DNA from: Candidatus Thorarchaeota archaeon
GTDB lineage: Archaea; Asgardarchaeota; Thorarchaeia; Thorarchaeales; Thorarchaeaceae
DNA: 18,623 nt
Direction of reading: 5' to 3'
NCBI GenBank assembly: GCA_029858305.1
Contig: JAOUFI010000042.1
Location: forward strand, 1 to 18,623
In this document: in pieces, positions 17,729 through 18,623 of the stretch
How the letters are laid out: each line of letters opens with the position of its first letter
How positions within the stretch are numbered: the first letter of the stretch is position 1
Notes under the pieces: model-generated
What the model saw: the letters and a program-made list of their open reading frames with translations, nothing else
Database searches by the model: none
What the model was told of the DNA's origin: nothing
Translations under genes and position numbers: made by a program

Positions 17729-17803
17729 AAAAAAAGGATTGAGCGGAGGAGTATGTGCTCCGCAATAAGAGATATGTCCTTTAAAAACAGGTAGTTGGGA
17801 GTA

Positions 17804-18586
17804 TTACCTAATATAGACAAGAGCAACGTCCTTGGTCTTGTACACGTAGATCTCTCTTCCATTCGAGGCTCTGATAACTGTTTTGCCGCCATTCTGCCAT
17901 TCCTCCATCCACTCTAGCGTGGGCCTGCCTTCGCCACTGTTTAGCCGGTCTGTGACCTCGCGCACATCAGGATCGTCAATAGCCGCTATTGCCTTGGTCA
18001 CTTTCACTCCTCTCCCGATTGTCTCAACGAGACTCTCCTGCAACCAGCGTCTGCGTTCACTGCCATCTTCTTCAACTGGGATGAGCCAGCAGCCAAAGCC
18101 ATAGAACCGATCGATCACGAACCTTGTATAGAACCTCTCGAGCTCCTGTTGATAGTGAACAATCATTTTGTAGGGCTGTCCATCTTCCATCTCGATGTCT
18201 ACTTCATGGGTATGCTTTACCTCGTCCAATGATATTTGAACGACTAGAGATATTGAACTTCGCATCTCCTTATACTCATCGCTGGTGGGATCACACTCTT
18301 TATCACTAAAAAAACGATGAATGACCCCATTCCCTATAGCCACCATGAAGTCAGCGTCTATGTTATAGGGATACCATTTCTTATACTCGAGTTCCTTGTG
18401 ACCATTCTGTGCATCATGGATCTGTTTCTCAATGAAACGTACTTTGTTGTGTATCATCTCCTCTGCAACATTGACTATATTATCTAGAGTAACTCCCCTC
18501 TCTTGAATGTACTTCAGAGCATCGCGTTCACGCGTCTTTAGCATAGTCCCAATTGAATCAGAAAGTGCTATTACTGTTTCGTACAC
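17804..18586 (-). CDS. Hypothetical soluble protein, 260 aa
   Basis: Long ORF with natural-looking composition; no family recognised. Confidence 0.7.
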   Translation of the reverse strand: MYETVIALSDSIGTMLKTRERDALKYIQERGVTLDNIVNVAEEMIHNKVRFIEKQIHDAQNGHKELEYKKWYPYNIDADFMVAIGNGVIHRFFSDKECDPTSDEYKEMRSSISLVVQISLDEVKHTHEVDIEMEDGQPYKMIVHYQQELERFYTRFVIDRFYGFGCWLIPVEEDGSERRRWLQESLVETIGRGVKVTKAIAAIDDPDVREVTDRLNSGEGRPTLEWMEEWQNGGKTVIRASNGREIYVYKTKDVALVYIR

Positions 18587-18623
18587 GTTTTGTTTTGAGG
18601 GGTACTGGAAAACAAGAGAGAGC

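Noticed and set aside
17571-17765. 64-aa minus-strand ORF
   Set aside because: Overlaps the plus-strand HEFLW fragment and hairpin; no recognisable features.

Overview
AT-rich archaeal-looking accessory region. The protein types (tandem Lrp/AsnC, IDLSxL-type LRR, zinc-ribbon and TPR proteins) suggest an Asgard archaeon such as Thorarchaeia, which is an inference. It holds about 16 unrelated cargo genes: ABC transporters, Lrp/ArsR/TetR regulators, ATC-hydrolase-like, PCD, CPBP, PNPOx-like, a standalone condensation-domain protein, TPR, zinc-ribbon and LRR. The main unannotated structure lies in the intergenic gaps. Six co-oriented (minus strand), 5'-truncated copies of one gene's 3' end (consensus ...HFEPADGWKPxxxMTPEKERMKELCKPVFEWVKTMK*) sit at 3551, 8444, 9605, 12737, 13972 and 14837. 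Three are followed by a conserved, covarying GAGYTGG/CCARCTC hairpin. A 59-codon internal fragment of a DUF35 (Zn-ribbon/OB-fold) gene at 15793-15969 appears to belong to the same gene. The copies differ at synonymous sites, and those on the left are the most decayed. This suggests a polarised gene-accretion array anchored on a DUF35 gene, predicted to lie to the right of the window. No integrase or transposase is visible in the window.
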